This document shows, piece after piece, positions 17,541 through 27,774 of a stretch of 50,179 nucleotides of DNA. The notes below the pieces were generated by a model, which was not told where the DNA came from, made no database searches, and saw only the letters and a program-made list of their open reading frames with translations. The DNA is from a virus (lineage: Duplodnaviria; Caudoviricetes): positions 1-50,179 of IMG/VR virus record IMGVR_UViG_3300043652_000004. One strand, written 5' to 3'. The stretch's first letter is position 1, and the number at the start of each line of letters is the position of its first letter. The position numbers and the translations under genes were made by a program.

Positions 17541-19115
17541 CTATTGAATCGCGTCAACGACGACGCTGGTGGTTGTTGCCGACACTACGCGGCCAGCTCT
17601 GCGTTTTCCAGCTCTTGCTGAATCAAGTATCTTTGCTACGTGCCCCGGCATTACCGGGGCGGTGTCTAGTCCTGCTCCGAACGTCACCAATTCTGAATCT
17701 AGTACCGACGTGTACAAAATCCACAAGCCGAACCGGCGAGCCTGTCCTTGCGACTTGCACCACATGGCGGTAACTTGAGTCTCCTGTATGCCGTAGCGGT
17801 CAATCACTTTTTGGTCGGGGTACTCTACATATTCCACCTTTTGCTGGCCGAAGTCATTATCGTCTATGTAGCTTACCAGTGCCGCCGTGTAACGAGTATC
17901 CTTCGACGTGCCTTGGTAATTGAACTCACCATTGACCACATTGGCGTCGCTGTACACCATCGTGGGGTCGGTCGGCATATCTGCGCTTGCGTTAATCACG
18001 CCGCCCGCCCAATAGGCGATGCCACGGAATACGCTGGCGAGATCGCTAAGCACTTGATACGCACTGGCCTGTTGCTGTAAGTAGACGGCGCACGTAAAGC
18101 GCGGCTCCATACCGCCATTACCATCGGGCACCAGTCCATCGCAATACTGCGCGATTGTGTAAAGACCCCACTTATTGACTTGGCTGGCGGTAACATAATT
18201 GCCAAGACCATAGCGAGTGTTAAGGATAAGGTCGTAGAACACCCATGCCGGATTATCTGTCCAGGCTATTTTGAATGTACCATCCCACACGCCTGTGTAA
18301 ACTCTGGTGAGAGGGTTGTAGTTGGTCGGCACCTTAATCACTCGGCCATAGAGATCGTAAGCCCGCGTAGGGATACTCGAGAATTGCTCGGCGTCGATAA
18401 CAATGCCGATGAGTGCCGTGTTCGGATAGCGATAAACGGAGTCAACTATTTCAGTGTAACTCTGTATCGTCGTGGTGTCCGCTATCGTCGCAAGGTTCGC
18501 GTTCGCAGTTAGTCTGCGCACACGCACAGTCCAACCGCTCGTCGCTGTGGGCAAGCTTATCGTATGCGCCCGCTCGTATTCGCCCGTCGCGTGGCCGTCG
18601 AAGGAACTGGTGATTTTCGTAACGTACGCGCCGCCATCAGTTGCTAAATCTATGGCGTAATCAATCCTGTAACCTACGATGTCGCCTGTCGTCGTGTCGT
18701 CCTTACTCAAACTCGGTATTCCCAACCTTATGCGAAGGCTCGTTAGAGTAAGGTCATTTATCGCCTGCACCCACGGCGCGGTCGATTTAAGTTCTAGCCC
18801 TACACCGATTTCGTTCTGCACACTGGGGAAGCCCGCCATAGCGGATTGAGTTTGCGTACCAAGGCGGCTGTCGATGACTACGTTTTTAAAGTTGAGCGAA
18901 CCGTCGGCGTTCGCCACGGGCGTTCCATCTAAATAAATGTCTTGTAGACAACCCGCCGTGCCATGGGCGAAGCCCAGTATCTGGCCTTCACTAACTACGT
19001 CTACAATCCTTGCCAGCGCGGTGCTGTGCAGGCTGTTAGGTGCTTCGGTTGCGGCATGGGGCGTGCTGTCACCACCCTTATAACCGCACCACGGCATTGT
19101 GTGACGGGTAATCAT
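17541..19115 (-). CDS. Tail tip attachment protein J, N-terminal half
   Basis: DVVSEGQI, IYLDGTPV, YPNTAL, WTDNPAWVFYD, EPRFTC, SQGQARRFGLW; stops just after RRAGRVVS. Confidence 0.9.
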   Translation of the reverse strand: MITRHTMPWCGYKGGDSTPHAATEAPNSLHSTALARIVDVVSEGQILGFAHGTAGCLQDIYLDGTPVANADGSLNFKNVVIDSRLGTQTQSAMAGFPSVQNEIGVGLELKSTAPWVQAINDLTLTSLRIRLGIPSLSKDDTTTGDIVGYRIDYAIDLATDGGAYVTKITSSFDGHATGEYERAHTISLPTATSGWTVRVRRLTANANLATIADTTTIQSYTEIVDSVYRYPNTALIGIVIDAEQFSSIPTRAYDLYGRVIKVPTNYNPLTRVYTGVWDGTFKIAWTDNPAWVFYDLILNTRYGLGNYVTASQVNKWGLYTIAQYCDGLVPDGNGGMEPRFTCAVYLQQQASAYQVLSDLASVFRGIAYWAGGVINASADMPTDPTMVYSDANVVNGEFNYQGTSKDTRYTAALVSYIDDNDFGQQKVEYVEYPDQKVIDRYGIQETQVTAMWCKSQGQARRFGLWILYTSVLDSELVTFGAGLDTAPVMPGHVAKILDSARAGKRRAGRVVSATTTSVVVDAIQ

Positions 19116-19792
19116 GCTGGGCCCTCCACACGGCCGTTCATCATATCGCCACCGCCACCCATGCCGCCTGTTGATCCACCGGTTACCGGCGGGGCTACGG
19201 CCAAGGAACTGTCCTGTACGTCTATCCCCGCACTTGCCACGGCGCTGCCGACCTTTAACCGACCGTAGAGCAACGGTACGGGGTGACCCTGTGCCTCGGT
19301 ATTGACAATACCACTGAATGCGTAGCTGGGAGTGCTGTCTGCATTCTCCTTGGTCGATAAACTCTTAGGGTGGGGTGCAAGTAATTGCACGATACCGCCA
19401 GCAATCAACCCTATGCCGGCGATAACTAAATCTTGGGCTACTATTCCCGCCAGCCCGCCAGACCCAACGCCGATGTAGAGTCCTACTACGATAAGCACAA
19501 TTCCAAGAATAATGTTTATGATGCCGCCGTTCTTCTTGCCCATATACACGGGCGCGATGCGAATATCGTCACCACCTATATCGAACAACAGCTCATCTTC
19601 GGTAAGGTTATTCTTGCCGGCGAACACGGCATAGGCCACGCCGAAGTTATGGGATTCACTCATCCACTTGCGAAAACCCTTTAGCTGGCTATCCAAAGCC
19701 GCTATCGCTTCGCGCGGCGATGCGACGTCCATGCGAAACACCCGGCCAAACTTTCGGCCCAGTGTTCCATACAACCGAATGTTCCTAACCAT
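19112..19792 (-). CDS. Tail assembly protein I (lambda gpI-like)
   Basis: IRLYGTLGRKFG, SYAFSG..NT..QG.PVPLLYG. Confidence 0.9.
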   Translation of the reverse strand: MVRNIRLYGTLGRKFGRVFRMDVASPREAIAALDSQLKGFRKWMSESHNFGVAYAVFAGKNNLTEDELLFDIGGDDIRIAPVYMGKKNGGIINIILGIVLIVVGLYIGVGSGGLAGIVAQDLVIAGIGLIAGGIVQLLAPHPKSLSTKENADSTPSYAFSGIVNTEAQGHPVPLLYGRLKVGSAVASAGIDVQDSSLAVAPPVTGGSTGGMGGGGDMMNGRVEGPA

Positions 19793-20531
19793 CGTCCTGC
19801 CCTCTATATCGCACGATCTTCCTAGTCATCTCGGCCCATTGCCCGCCGTACACGTCGATGCACGAAAGTCGGCCATAAAGATGATGAACGAACTTGCCGT
19901 TACCGAGATACACCCCGGCATGGTTCACTTTATCTGACAACACCTGCATAAGAATCACATCCCCTACCTGCTCTAACTGGGGCACTTCTACAAACCCGGC
20001 CTTGGCGAAGTTTTCTAGGTACAAATCTCCGCCTTTGTGCCACCAGTTATCTTCCCGCTCGAAGTTTGGCAAGTCAATACCACGCACTTCTCGATACCAG
20101 TCTCGAATCAACGTATAGCAGTCCTGTACGCCGTGCACAAATTCTCGCCCCAGCAACGGGGGCTTTTCACCGGTCGGTACTATATCTAGCACTCCGACCA
20201 CTTTCGGCGAAGCGTCCGGCTCTGCTGGGTCCTTATGCACTGCTACTATTATCCACGGCAGCTTCGATGCTTCGCACGCCGCTTTGTCGCCTGCGCTTGG
20301 CCGTACCGGACCATCGGGGTGACTATGTACGATGGCAAGTATCTGGCCACGATCCTCGGCGTCTGCCGACTGCGCTGCTGGTATGCTAAATGCCTTGGTC
20401 GGCGTTTCGTGCGCGTTATCACACGGCACGTAAACTTCCTTACCCTTCACATTCAGTAACAACCCGCACGATTCTTTCGGGTATTCTGTTATGGCGTGTT
20501 CCGAAACCTTGGCTAGCGTTTGTTCGTTCAT
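19785..20531 (-). CDS. Tail tip protein K (JAB + NlpC/P60)
   Basis: YPKESCG, VHSHP...PS..D, DCYTLIRDWY, NHAGVYLG. Confidence 0.92.
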   Translation of the reverse strand: MNEQTLAKVSEHAITEYPKESCGLLLNVKGKEVYVPCDNAHETPTKAFSIPAAQSADAEDRGQILAIVHSHPDGPVRPSAGDKAACEASKLPWIIVAVHKDPAEPDASPKVVGVLDIVPTGEKPPLLGREFVHGVQDCYTLIRDWYREVRGIDLPNFEREDNWWHKGGDLYLENFAKAGFVEVPQLEQVGDVILMQVLSDKVNHAGVYLGNGKFVHHLYGRLSCIDVYGGQWAEMTRKIVRYRGQDDG

Positions 20532-21217
20532 GTTGTTCTCGTTATGCCCGCGCCGACGAATCCACCGAAGGGCAGCGGCTTGCGCGCGCCGAAACGAAGT
20601 ATGCATCCGCTTGGGCGGTGACTGCAAGCATCTTGCGTGGGGTCGCTTGTGGGCGTGTCGTCTATCTTCGCTACTGGCCCGCCCGCGTAGCTGCATTCTG
20701 CACTACGGTAAATCCAGGTGCATTGATTCGCCACGATCTTGCGACGCGGCAACTGCACGTTGCTAAAGTCTAGTGCCGAGCGAAGTTCAAACTGCACCAC
20801 CTTGTTATTCTCTGCTGCTTTGCGATTGATAATCCATGCTTCTGGCGGTAACGATTGCGTGGGGTCGGCCGTAGGGTTCACACCGCCGAAGTTTGCAGCA
20901 TCGAGATACTTACCGAGCGTGCGAATACGGGTGACAGTCGCCCCCACGAGATCGTTGAACATAAGGCAAAGAGCAGTTATGCTGCCATCTGTATTGCCAA
21001 CAGACAGTGTGGGGACGGGCTGTTGCTTGCCCGTGCGCGCGAAGCCATCGGCCGCGATGGGCCAAGGTGAATATTGATTCGCCGCCCAGACGATGTTGCC
21101 GACTTGCGTATACCCGTGAAAACGCTCCAGGCTCGCGCCCAGCGCAAGCGCGTCGAGAATCCACAGCTCGACCAGCGCGCCGGGTTCGAGTTTTTGAATA
21201 TCGCTAAGGACAGTCAT
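20528..21217 (-). CDS. Minor tail protein L
   Basis: QKLEPG, RTLGKYLDAANF, CTWIYRSAECSY..C..C Fe-S cysteines, LPFGGF. Confidence 0.92.
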   Translation of the reverse strand: MTVLSDIQKLEPGALVELWILDALALGASLERFHGYTQVGNIVWAANQYSPWPIAADGFARTGKQQPVPTLSVGNTDGSITALCLMFNDLVGATVTRIRTLGKYLDAANFGGVNPTADPTQSLPPEAWIINRKAAENNKVVQFELRSALDFSNVQLPRRKIVANQCTWIYRSAECSYAGGPVAKIDDTPTSDPTQDACSHRPSGCILRFGARKPLPFGGFVGAGITRTT

Positions 21218-21555
21218 GGCGAGAACTTCTCGACGAACGTGGCGGTAATGGTGTTCCAACCCGCGCCGTGGGGTATGTGATGATAGGTAACAACCTTGAA
21301 CAGTGCTGCTACGGTATTCAATGGGGGCGTCCAATTAAACGCAGCGAAGCCTTGATGCGCGTCGAAGAAGGCCATAATGTCCGTAGCATCGTCGTCATTG
21401 CACACGAACGTTAGTGGATAGCTGCGGGTTCTGTTATTTATTCCATCGGCAACCTCTTGGCTGTACCCGTCGCCAAATTGCGCCGCGCGAACGCGAAAGT
21501 TGATCTCGGCCTCGGGATCGACCTGTGGAATCCACCCGAATGTTGCAATGGGCAT
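21214..21555 (-). CDS. Minor tail (distal tail) protein M
   Basis: FGDGYSQ...DGIN, F.WTPP. Confidence 0.9.
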   Translation of the reverse strand: MPIATFGWIPQVDPEAEINFRVRAAQFGDGYSQEVADGINNRTRSYPLTFVCNDDDATDIMAFFDAHQGFAAFNWTPPLNTVAALFKVVTYHHIPHGAGWNTITATFVEKFSP

Positions 21556-24500
21556 TATGCTGCACTCCAGAGTACGCCGCCGGGCCGCTGCTGGTCCTTA
21601 ATGACCTGCAAAACTTGCGCCTTTATCAACGCTGCCAGCTTGGCCCCAGCCTTGCTGGCGTCATCGTTCGACGCGCCTTGCTTCGTGGCACCCTTATTAT
21701 CTACTATCGTGGTGATGTTTATGCTGCCGATGTTCAGACCACCACCGCTCATACCGCTGGCGTTAACGCCCAGCTTGCCGTTTACTCTCGTTAAGGGCAG
21801 TATGCCTTCGTCCCCTGCCTCGCCCATTACTCCACGACCGCCGCCAGCGTAAGCGAACGCCGTGGGCCGGCTCACTACGCCACCGGTTGCGAACGCAGTG
21901 ATCTCGCCCTGCGCACCGTAGGCCCGGCCATTGGCAGCGTAGCTAGCGTAGGTACCTGCGCCACCTGTATCGAGATCGACACTAACCCCGCTGCCCGCGT
22001 TGCCAACGCCGCTACCCAATAATGCCCCCAGTATCGCAGTAATCAATTTCGACGCCGCTATCTTTATAGCCATCTGGGCGAGGTCGGCCAGTATCGACGA
22101 TATCAACGACTTAAAGTTCAACTTGCCCGTCGTTACGAAAGTAGTCAGGGCATCGGTCATCTTACCGAACGCCCCAGTTACGAAGTCTTGGGTTGCACCA
22201 GCTACGTTCTGCCCTTCCTCCTGTATGCTTATTAAGGCTTTCTTCGCGCCTAGTGCCCAACTACCTTCCTCCGTTGTAAGATTCTTGTAGTATTCATGTA
22301 CTTGGTCGATGGCCTGCTGGCGCAGATCACTTTCTTGGTTTAGAAAATCGACTGCTGCGTCATGTACTTTCTGGTTGGCCGAACCCAGGTCTTGCTTGGC
22401 CTGTATATCTGCACGGTCAAACCTTGTCTGTGCATTACCAAGGTCCTGTAATTCTTCTAACTGCTGCCCGCTCGACGTGTAATACTTCAGATTCGCAGCC
22501 GCGTTGGCCGCGTAATCCTGGTTCTCAATCTTTAGTCGCTCAAGGGTACGGGCTAAGTCATCCTTAGCCGTCTTAGCTTCTTGGTCTGCCTTTATCGACG
22601 CACGCTGGGCCTGTACGCTGTCATTCAGTGGCTTTACCGATGCTAAATCTGCAAGTATTTTCTTCCTCTGGGCATCGTTAAGCTTATCACCAGCCTTAGC
22701 AAGCTGATTCTTTACATTGATTGAATATTTCTCGAAGTCCGATACCTTTTTGTTAGTATCTAACTCTTGCTGCAAATTATCCTTGTAGTCCTGTATCTTG
22801 GCTATAAGTTCTTCGTACTCATTTGCCTGCGCCTTTATGCCGGGGTCGGGCTTTATGGCGTACTTCTTCAATGTATCCGTTACGTTGCGGGCGTAGGTTC
22901 CACCTTGGGGATTACCCTGCGCATCTAGAGTTATTCCCTCTTTCTTAGCTTCAGCGGCGTTATTCTTTACTAACTGCGTGGCGTCGTATTTCAGCTTATT
23001 TAATTCAGCCTGCTTCTTGGCATTCTTATCTAGAGCTTCGGAGTCATCATTCCAAGCCAAGGTGGCCCTACGTGAAGCATCGGCCGCAGCCTGCTGCGCA
23101 GCGGCGGCGTTCTTGGGGGCGTTGCTCGCCGCCAGCTTCGCCACAGCATCTTGGTAATCTGACAATGCTTTTGTCAGTTCACGACGAGCTAGGGTGGCGC
23201 CTAAGGATTTTGGCGCTTCCTTCGCCCAAGAATCAAATTCTTGCCTAGCGACGGTTAATGTATGCAGTGCATCATCTGCTGCATTAGCTAGGGTATTAGG
23301 ACGGCCCACGTTCCCCAACGTGCGCATCATGTTATTCCAGGCGTAACCTATATCATGCGCCCAGGTTATTAGTGTTCCAGAATCTTTCCCTACATCGGCA
23401 GTACGCTGGTGCACCGCATCCGCAAGTGCCTTTACCGCTATCTGCCCCGCCGCGTAGGCATCCCCCAACTTCTCCAGCGAATCTATTTGATCCTGCTGGG
23501 CATTGGTAAGCATGTGATATTGCTGCTGAGCTTCCTCAATGGCGCCCTTACTACCCTGCTGCAACTTGAGGAATAGTTCCGCCGACTTGTCAGTAGCCTC
23601 GCCCGAAAGTGTGGATAGATCAGTGACTGCTTGAATAAGCATCTGGTACTGTCGGGGGTCGAACGCCCCGATAGCTGCAACGCTCTTCGCTGCATCCTTG
23701 GCTGTACTTAGCGATTCTCCCTTACCTTGCGCGGCATCTGCATACATCTGTAAAGCATCTGCACTACTTTGTGCTGCGCGACCTGTCAGCAACAACGACT
23801 TATTCAGTGCATCTGTATAGTTCGCAGCTTTTATCTGTGCAGTAATGAATATTCCGAGCGCCGCAACTATTCCCGCAATAATAGCGCCAGTCCCGCTAAA
23901 TGCAAGACGGAGCAAGCCCGTGCGGTTTGCTAGCGTCGCGGTCGTGCCGAGTAGGCGCGTATAATTACCACGCAAGCCTTCTGCTAGTAGCGCGCCGTAT
24001 TCTGTAACCGCCCTGCCGCTTGCCAAGGCTTCGAGTCTAAATCCCGCCTGCATCGCGGTCGCAGTCTTCGCCGCTGCGGCTAGCCCACCCGTTGCTTTGG
24101 TCGTTGTTGTTAAAGCTCCTAGCTGCCCTTCCAACGCGGCCTTCATCGCTACGATCTGGGGCTTGGTCGTACCCATCGCGCCGAGCTGGGCGATCATGCC
24201 CTTTATCTTGCCCGCACTCAGACCACTTAGATCCCCCAGACTTGCTACCGCCGCCGCCGCCGCTGCACTGTCCTTCGCAAATTGTTGCCCTGCTGCCGCC
24301 GCCTTCCTGGCGGCTACTTCTTCATCCGATATCTTACTGGTAGCCGCTGCCGAGTAGTTACCAGATATGGGCGGGATAATGCCCGCCCCAAAACCCGGCA
24401 TCGCCGCCACCGCTGCGCTACGCTGGGCTGCTGCTGCGGCTTGTGCCCCTGCTGCTTCTTGCTCTGTTAATTCTGCGAAATACTGTTTATTCAGGCGCAG

Positions 24501-24902
24501 TCTGTTTGCCAGCGTAGCCTTCCACGAACCTTCTCTGGCGAGCTGAGCCAGCCGGTCGATAGAAGATATTTCTGCTTCGCCCGTTTCTTCTTGGGCGGCA
24601 AGCTGGGCGTAGTAAGTTCTGCTCGCCGCTACGCGGTCTTGCAGGGTTTTCTTCCAGTTACCTGTCGATGCTAGGTCTGGTAAGCTGGTCTTGGCCAGCT
24701 TGTTCATATCTTGCTGCATCTGGTTCAGGGCGCTGCGCACGCCCCGGCCCGACACAGCGAGCTTATCCATATCTCGCTGCATCGTGCTCAGTACACCTTG
24801 CGTACGCACGCCCGATGCCGTAAAGGCATCCATATCGGCTCGCGCGGCCTTTACGCTGGTACTGTCTACACTTACCTTAAGACTAGCGACTTCATCGACC
24901 AC
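21555..24902 (-). CDS. Tape measure protein
   Basis: ~1115 aa Ala-rich helical protein; TTGKLNFKSL and MGEAGDEGILPL C-terminal motifs; follows the chaperone genes. Confidence 0.92.
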   Translation of the reverse strand: MVDEVASLKVSVDSTSVKAARADMDAFTASGVRTQGVLSTMQRDMDKLAVSGRGVRSALNQMQQDMNKLAKTSLPDLASTGNWKKTLQDRVAASRTYYAQLAAQEETGEAEISSIDRLAQLAREGSWKATLANRLRLNKQYFAELTEQEAAGAQAAAAAQRSAAVAAMPGFGAGIIPPISGNYSAAATSKISDEEVAARKAAAAGQQFAKDSAAAAAAVASLGDLSGLSAGKIKGMIAQLGAMGTTKPQIVAMKAALEGQLGALTTTTKATGGLAAAAKTATAMQAGFRLEALASGRAVTEYGALLAEGLRGNYTRLLGTTATLANRTGLLRLAFSGTGAIIAGIVAALGIFITAQIKAANYTDALNKSLLLTGRAAQSSADALQMYADAAQGKGESLSTAKDAAKSVAAIGAFDPRQYQMLIQAVTDLSTLSGEATDKSAELFLKLQQGSKGAIEEAQQQYHMLTNAQQDQIDSLEKLGDAYAAGQIAVKALADAVHQRTADVGKDSGTLITWAHDIGYAWNNMMRTLGNVGRPNTLANAADDALHTLTVARQEFDSWAKEAPKSLGATLARRELTKALSDYQDAVAKLAASNAPKNAAAAQQAAADASRRATLAWNDDSEALDKNAKKQAELNKLKYDATQLVKNNAAEAKKEGITLDAQGNPQGGTYARNVTDTLKKYAIKPDPGIKAQANEYEELIAKIQDYKDNLQQELDTNKKVSDFEKYSINVKNQLAKAGDKLNDAQRKKILADLASVKPLNDSVQAQRASIKADQEAKTAKDDLARTLERLKIENQDYAANAAANLKYYTSSGQQLEELQDLGNAQTRFDRADIQAKQDLGSANQKVHDAAVDFLNQESDLRQQAIDQVHEYYKNLTTEEGSWALGAKKALISIQEEGQNVAGATQDFVTGAFGKMTDALTTFVTTGKLNFKSLISSILADLAQMAIKIAASKLITAILGALLGSGVGNAGSGVSVDLDTGGAGTYASYAANGRAYGAQGEITAFATGGVVSRPTAFAYAGGGRGVMGEAGDEGILPLTRVNGKLGVNASGMSGGGLNIGSINITTIVDNKGATKQGASNDDASKAGAKLAALIKAQVLQVIKDQQRPGGVLWSAA

Positions 24903-25613
24903 GGCGTACTCCATCCAGCGCCATCAGTAACTCAATTTCCCACCGTGTAAAATGCTTCCCTGCCAATTTGCACCACGCTGCCAATTCTGAATAAGTTAAT
25001 GGGCTGGCCAAATCTACCAAAATACCTGACAAGTACAGTAGGTGCTCTGGTGGGTCTACTAACTCCATTAACTCCTTTGGCTTTATTCCTGTTTGCCGCC
25101 AGACCTGTTCTAGATGGTGCCGCTTGGGATATCCATTGCTGCCAAGCGGCACAGCTAGTTTTATCTCGCCTTTGAACCAGTCAACGAGCTGGCTGGCGGA
25201 TTGCTGAAAAAACGCTTGGCGTCGTCGGCTACTCCCGATACCAAGTCCTGTAGTTGCGGTGCATCACGCAGTAATTCCACCACTGCATCCTGCGTACATG
25301 GCGTATCGAAACTCCAAGCCGTTACCAGTGGCGCTAGCAACCGCAGTACACTTTCCCGAGCAAACTCTGCTCTTGCCTCGGGCTTCGGGTTGGTGGCCGC
25401 AAACTCTGCAATTCTGCGGCGGTTGTCGTCGTTGGCATTGCGAAAAGCGTCTGACAGGCTCGAGATTACTTCGATCCAATCGCCAGTTTCTTCACCCGTT
25501 GCCGGGTCAGGTAGCTGTACTCGCACGGGCACGCTCGCACGATCGCGGGTTTTGTATCTACTCATTGCTGCACTCGCCACGTTGGGGATTTCCACTTGCT
25601 GCGGCTTGTTCAT
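24892..25613 (-). CDS. Tail assembly chaperone GT (-1 frameshift product)
   Basis: The -1 frame is open from the slippery site (FFQQSASQLVDWFKG...) into the 24892..25152 ORF. Confidence 0.8.
25161..25613 (-). CDS. Tail assembly chaperone G
   Basis: Lies between tail tube and tape measure; LVTAWSFD..CT...V.ELL..APQ. Confidence 0.85.
   Translation of the reverse strand: MNKPQQVEIPNVASAAMSRYKTRDRASVPVRVQLPDPATGEETGDWIEVISSLSDAFRNANDDNRRRIAEFAATNPKPEARAEFARESVLRLLAPLVTAWSFDTPCTQDAVVELLRDAPQLQDLVSGVADDAKRFFSNPPASSLTGSKAR
25206..25212 (-). other. Programmed -1 frameshift slippery heptamer T TTT TTC
   Basis: cgT TTT TTC near the end of G; frame arithmetic matches a -1 shift. Confidence 0.8.
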
Positions 25614-25637
25614 AGTAGCGCTCCTCTGTTAGGCCGA

Positions 25638-26543
25638 TCAGGACGACCGGGTGATTTGCAGGTTGGTACCAGTAACGCTGTCATACAACCCTTGGAAGTT
25701 CATCGAGATACTCACTGGACCTTCGTCGTTAGTCGGTACGTCGCCCGAAGTGTACTTGAGTTTCGGTACCAGAAAATCGAAGGAATTAGTGCCGTCACTA
25801 CAATGGAACGCGAGAGACGAAATGGTTTCCTGGACAAACTTGTTGTAGAGTGCAGCCGTCTCGAAGTATGCAACCATCGAGCCCGTTAAGTCACTGCGAC
25901 CGATACTCGGCTCGAGAGACATGTTGGACCCAATGACGTTGCGCGCCGCAAGGCCGTTCTTGAGCGAAAGATTTACCTCGCTCACTACTGCGATGGCCGA
26001 GCCGCCTTCCTGCACTGTTCCACTCAGTGCGTTCATAGGCTGGGTTACGCCCGCCGCCGGGTAGGTCGCGCCAGCGATGATCGCTTCAGCTACTGCCACG
26101 GATTGGCCCATGAACCCGAAATCGGAAGTGACGATGCCGCCGACAGTGGCCTTTAAGTCCCACGTATCAATTTCCATACCGAGGTAGCGAATATACTCGC
26201 CAATATCTTGGAAATCGCGCTCGATGGTAAATGACTTGCGCAGGATGCCGTTCTTCAGAACGTTGGTTGTCCAGGTGCCGCCCAGCGCAGCTTCCATGAA
26301 GTCGTCGTGTGAATGATTTGACAGCTCGGTGTTGATGCTGCCCTTGGCCGAGATAAGGCCGTGGGTAATGCCGGGTATCTGTCGATCCGCCCTCAGTTCT
26401 TGTGATTGAAAGATAGTCTTGTCGAGCGCAAGACTGTTACCGTTGTTACGAAGTGCCTTGAACACGGGCGTAGCGGGAGTGACGCCGTAGGCAGTCTCCG
26501 CGATGTACCCGATGCTTTGGCGAGAACCAGAAGCCTGACCCAT
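25638..26543 (-). CDS. Major tail tube protein
   Basis: YIAET.YGVTPATP, SQELRADRQ, KSFTIER.F.DI. Confidence 0.9.
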   Translation of the reverse strand: MGQASGSRQSIGYIAETAYGVTPATPVFKALRNNGNSLALDKTIFQSQELRADRQIPGITHGLISAKGSINTELSNHSHDDFMEAALGGTWTTNVLKNGILRKSFTIERDFQDIGEYIRYLGMEIDTWDLKATVGGIVTSDFGFMGQSVAVAEAIIAGATYPAAGVTQPMNALSGTVQEGGSAIAVVSEVNLSLKNGLAARNVIGSNMSLEPSIGRSDLTGSMVAYFETAALYNKFVQETISSLAFHCSDGTNSFDFLVPKLKYTSGDVPTNDEGPVSISMNFQGLYDSVTGTNLQITRSS

Positions 26544-26552
26544 GACACACTC

Positions 26553-26975
26553 CTATCGTTGAGTACGAGAATACCAGTAAACCGAAACGCTGCACACGTA
26601 GCCCGCCGTTGCCTCGCTTGTTCGGACAGATGACGGCGAGCTACGCCGAACATAAACCGTCTGTCCGTTTTTAGTCAATGCTATGCCTGCTTTGAAAGCA
26701 TCCAGCACTTGTTGAACATAGTCGTAGATAGCCTTTATACCTGAATCAACCGGGGCCACAATATCGACTTGGAACACGCCTGAGTATTCATCCATACCAC
26801 CGTCGCCAAGTGATATAGTCATGCGCTGGGCATTCAAGTTGTATGTGCGCGCGTAGAAACCTTCCTGTGGGTCGAAGGACACTGCCTCGTATGCAGTAGG
26901 TAGATTCATACCGATGGCGATGTAATGATCGACCAGAGCGCCGTTTATATTGTTGAGTACGCTATCGTTACTCAT
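26553..26975 (-). CDS. Tail terminator-like protein
   Basis: GVFQVDIVAP..SG motif; synteny. Confidence 0.75.
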   Translation of the reverse strand: MSNDSVLNNINGALVDHYIAIGMNLPTAYEAVSFDPQEGFYARTYNLNAQRMTISLGDGGMDEYSGVFQVDIVAPVDSGIKAIYDYVQQVLDAFKAGIALTKNGQTVYVRRSSPSSVRTSEATAGYVCSVSVYWYSRTQR

Positions 26976-27388
26976 GGGTGCATCCTCGCCGCTACGCCCC
27001 GTACGATAGTCTTCCACTTGGCGATGTTTATGCGGACCATGCCAAATGGAGCCTGCTCCTTGCTACGACCGTATTCCAGTTCAATAATGTAGTAGAGATT
27101 ATTAGTCAGCCATGCCTTTTGCGAAGCGTCGGGCTGGATAGTCTGTAGTACCGCCGCCTTGGCATAACTGCGCGTAGGGTCTGCAAATTCATTTACTCCT
27201 GGTACGGGCGCACCCATGCTCGGCTGCCAGTTAGTCACGGCAAGGCCAGTCTTTACCGGCGTAGCGTCGATAATGTCGGTGAACACCGCTATCGAAATCT
27301 GGCGATGAGCTTCATCTAACGTAGCACCAGCCTTCTCAGCAAACGCCGCTAGCTGCCCGCCAAAATCTGTACCGAATCGTCTTCTCAT
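26972..27388 (-). CDS. HK97 gp10-like tail completion protein
   Basis: TPVKTG....NW, NNL.YI.ELEYG.S.QAP.GMVR. Confidence 0.85.
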   Translation of the reverse strand: MRRRFGTDFGGQLAAFAEKAGATLDEAHRQISIAVFTDIIDATPVKTGLAVTNWQPSMGAPVPGVNEFADPTRSYAKAAVLQTIQPDASQKAWLTNNLYYIIELEYGRSKEQAPFGMVRINIAKWKTIVRGVAARMHP

Positions 27389-27774
27389 GACCGCACCTGA
27401 AATATAAAGAGTACCGGCGTACCCGTGGGGCTAAGTATCTGCTTGTTGATAATCTTCCAAATCTCTTCGTTCGACTCGCCTTTATTGAGTATGATTACAT
27501 CGGTGATGGCGGGCACCAACCCCGGCAAGGCGTCTGTATAGATAAGTTCATCGTTCGATTGTATATTCTCCAAACCTACTTCCTGTATGTACTCTTCAGT
27601 AACATTCAGTTTAACACCATGCAAGGTGTAGTCTGTATCAGCCGCGCTGCCCGTGTACTCACCTGCACTGGGGTCGTATGTCCTCCCCGCTGGGCGGCGA
27701 AGAGTAATTTCCATACCTTCATCCTGCATCGTTGCCGATACATCGGCGGCGATCTGGGGGTAGTCAGTACTCAT
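27385..27774 (-). CDS. Head closure/head-tail joining protein
   Basis: YDPSAG, P.G..VL...QVR; synteny. Confidence 0.75.
   Translation of the reverse strand: MSTDYPQIAADVSATMQDEGMEITLRRPAGRTYDPSAGEYTGSAADTDYTLHGVKLNVTEEYIQEVGLENIQSNDELIYTDALPGLVPAITDVIILNKGESNEEIWKIINKQILSPTGTPVLFIFQVRS

Noticed and set aside
13810-17550. J-interrupting cassette as an intron or mobile element
   Set aside because: No terminal repeats, target duplication, recombinase, homing nuclease or recognisable intron core; only a 4-bp CGAT microhomology. The content is structural
25161-25212. G/GT frameshift as a novelty
   Set aside because: A standard feature of long-tailed phages; listed as a feature only
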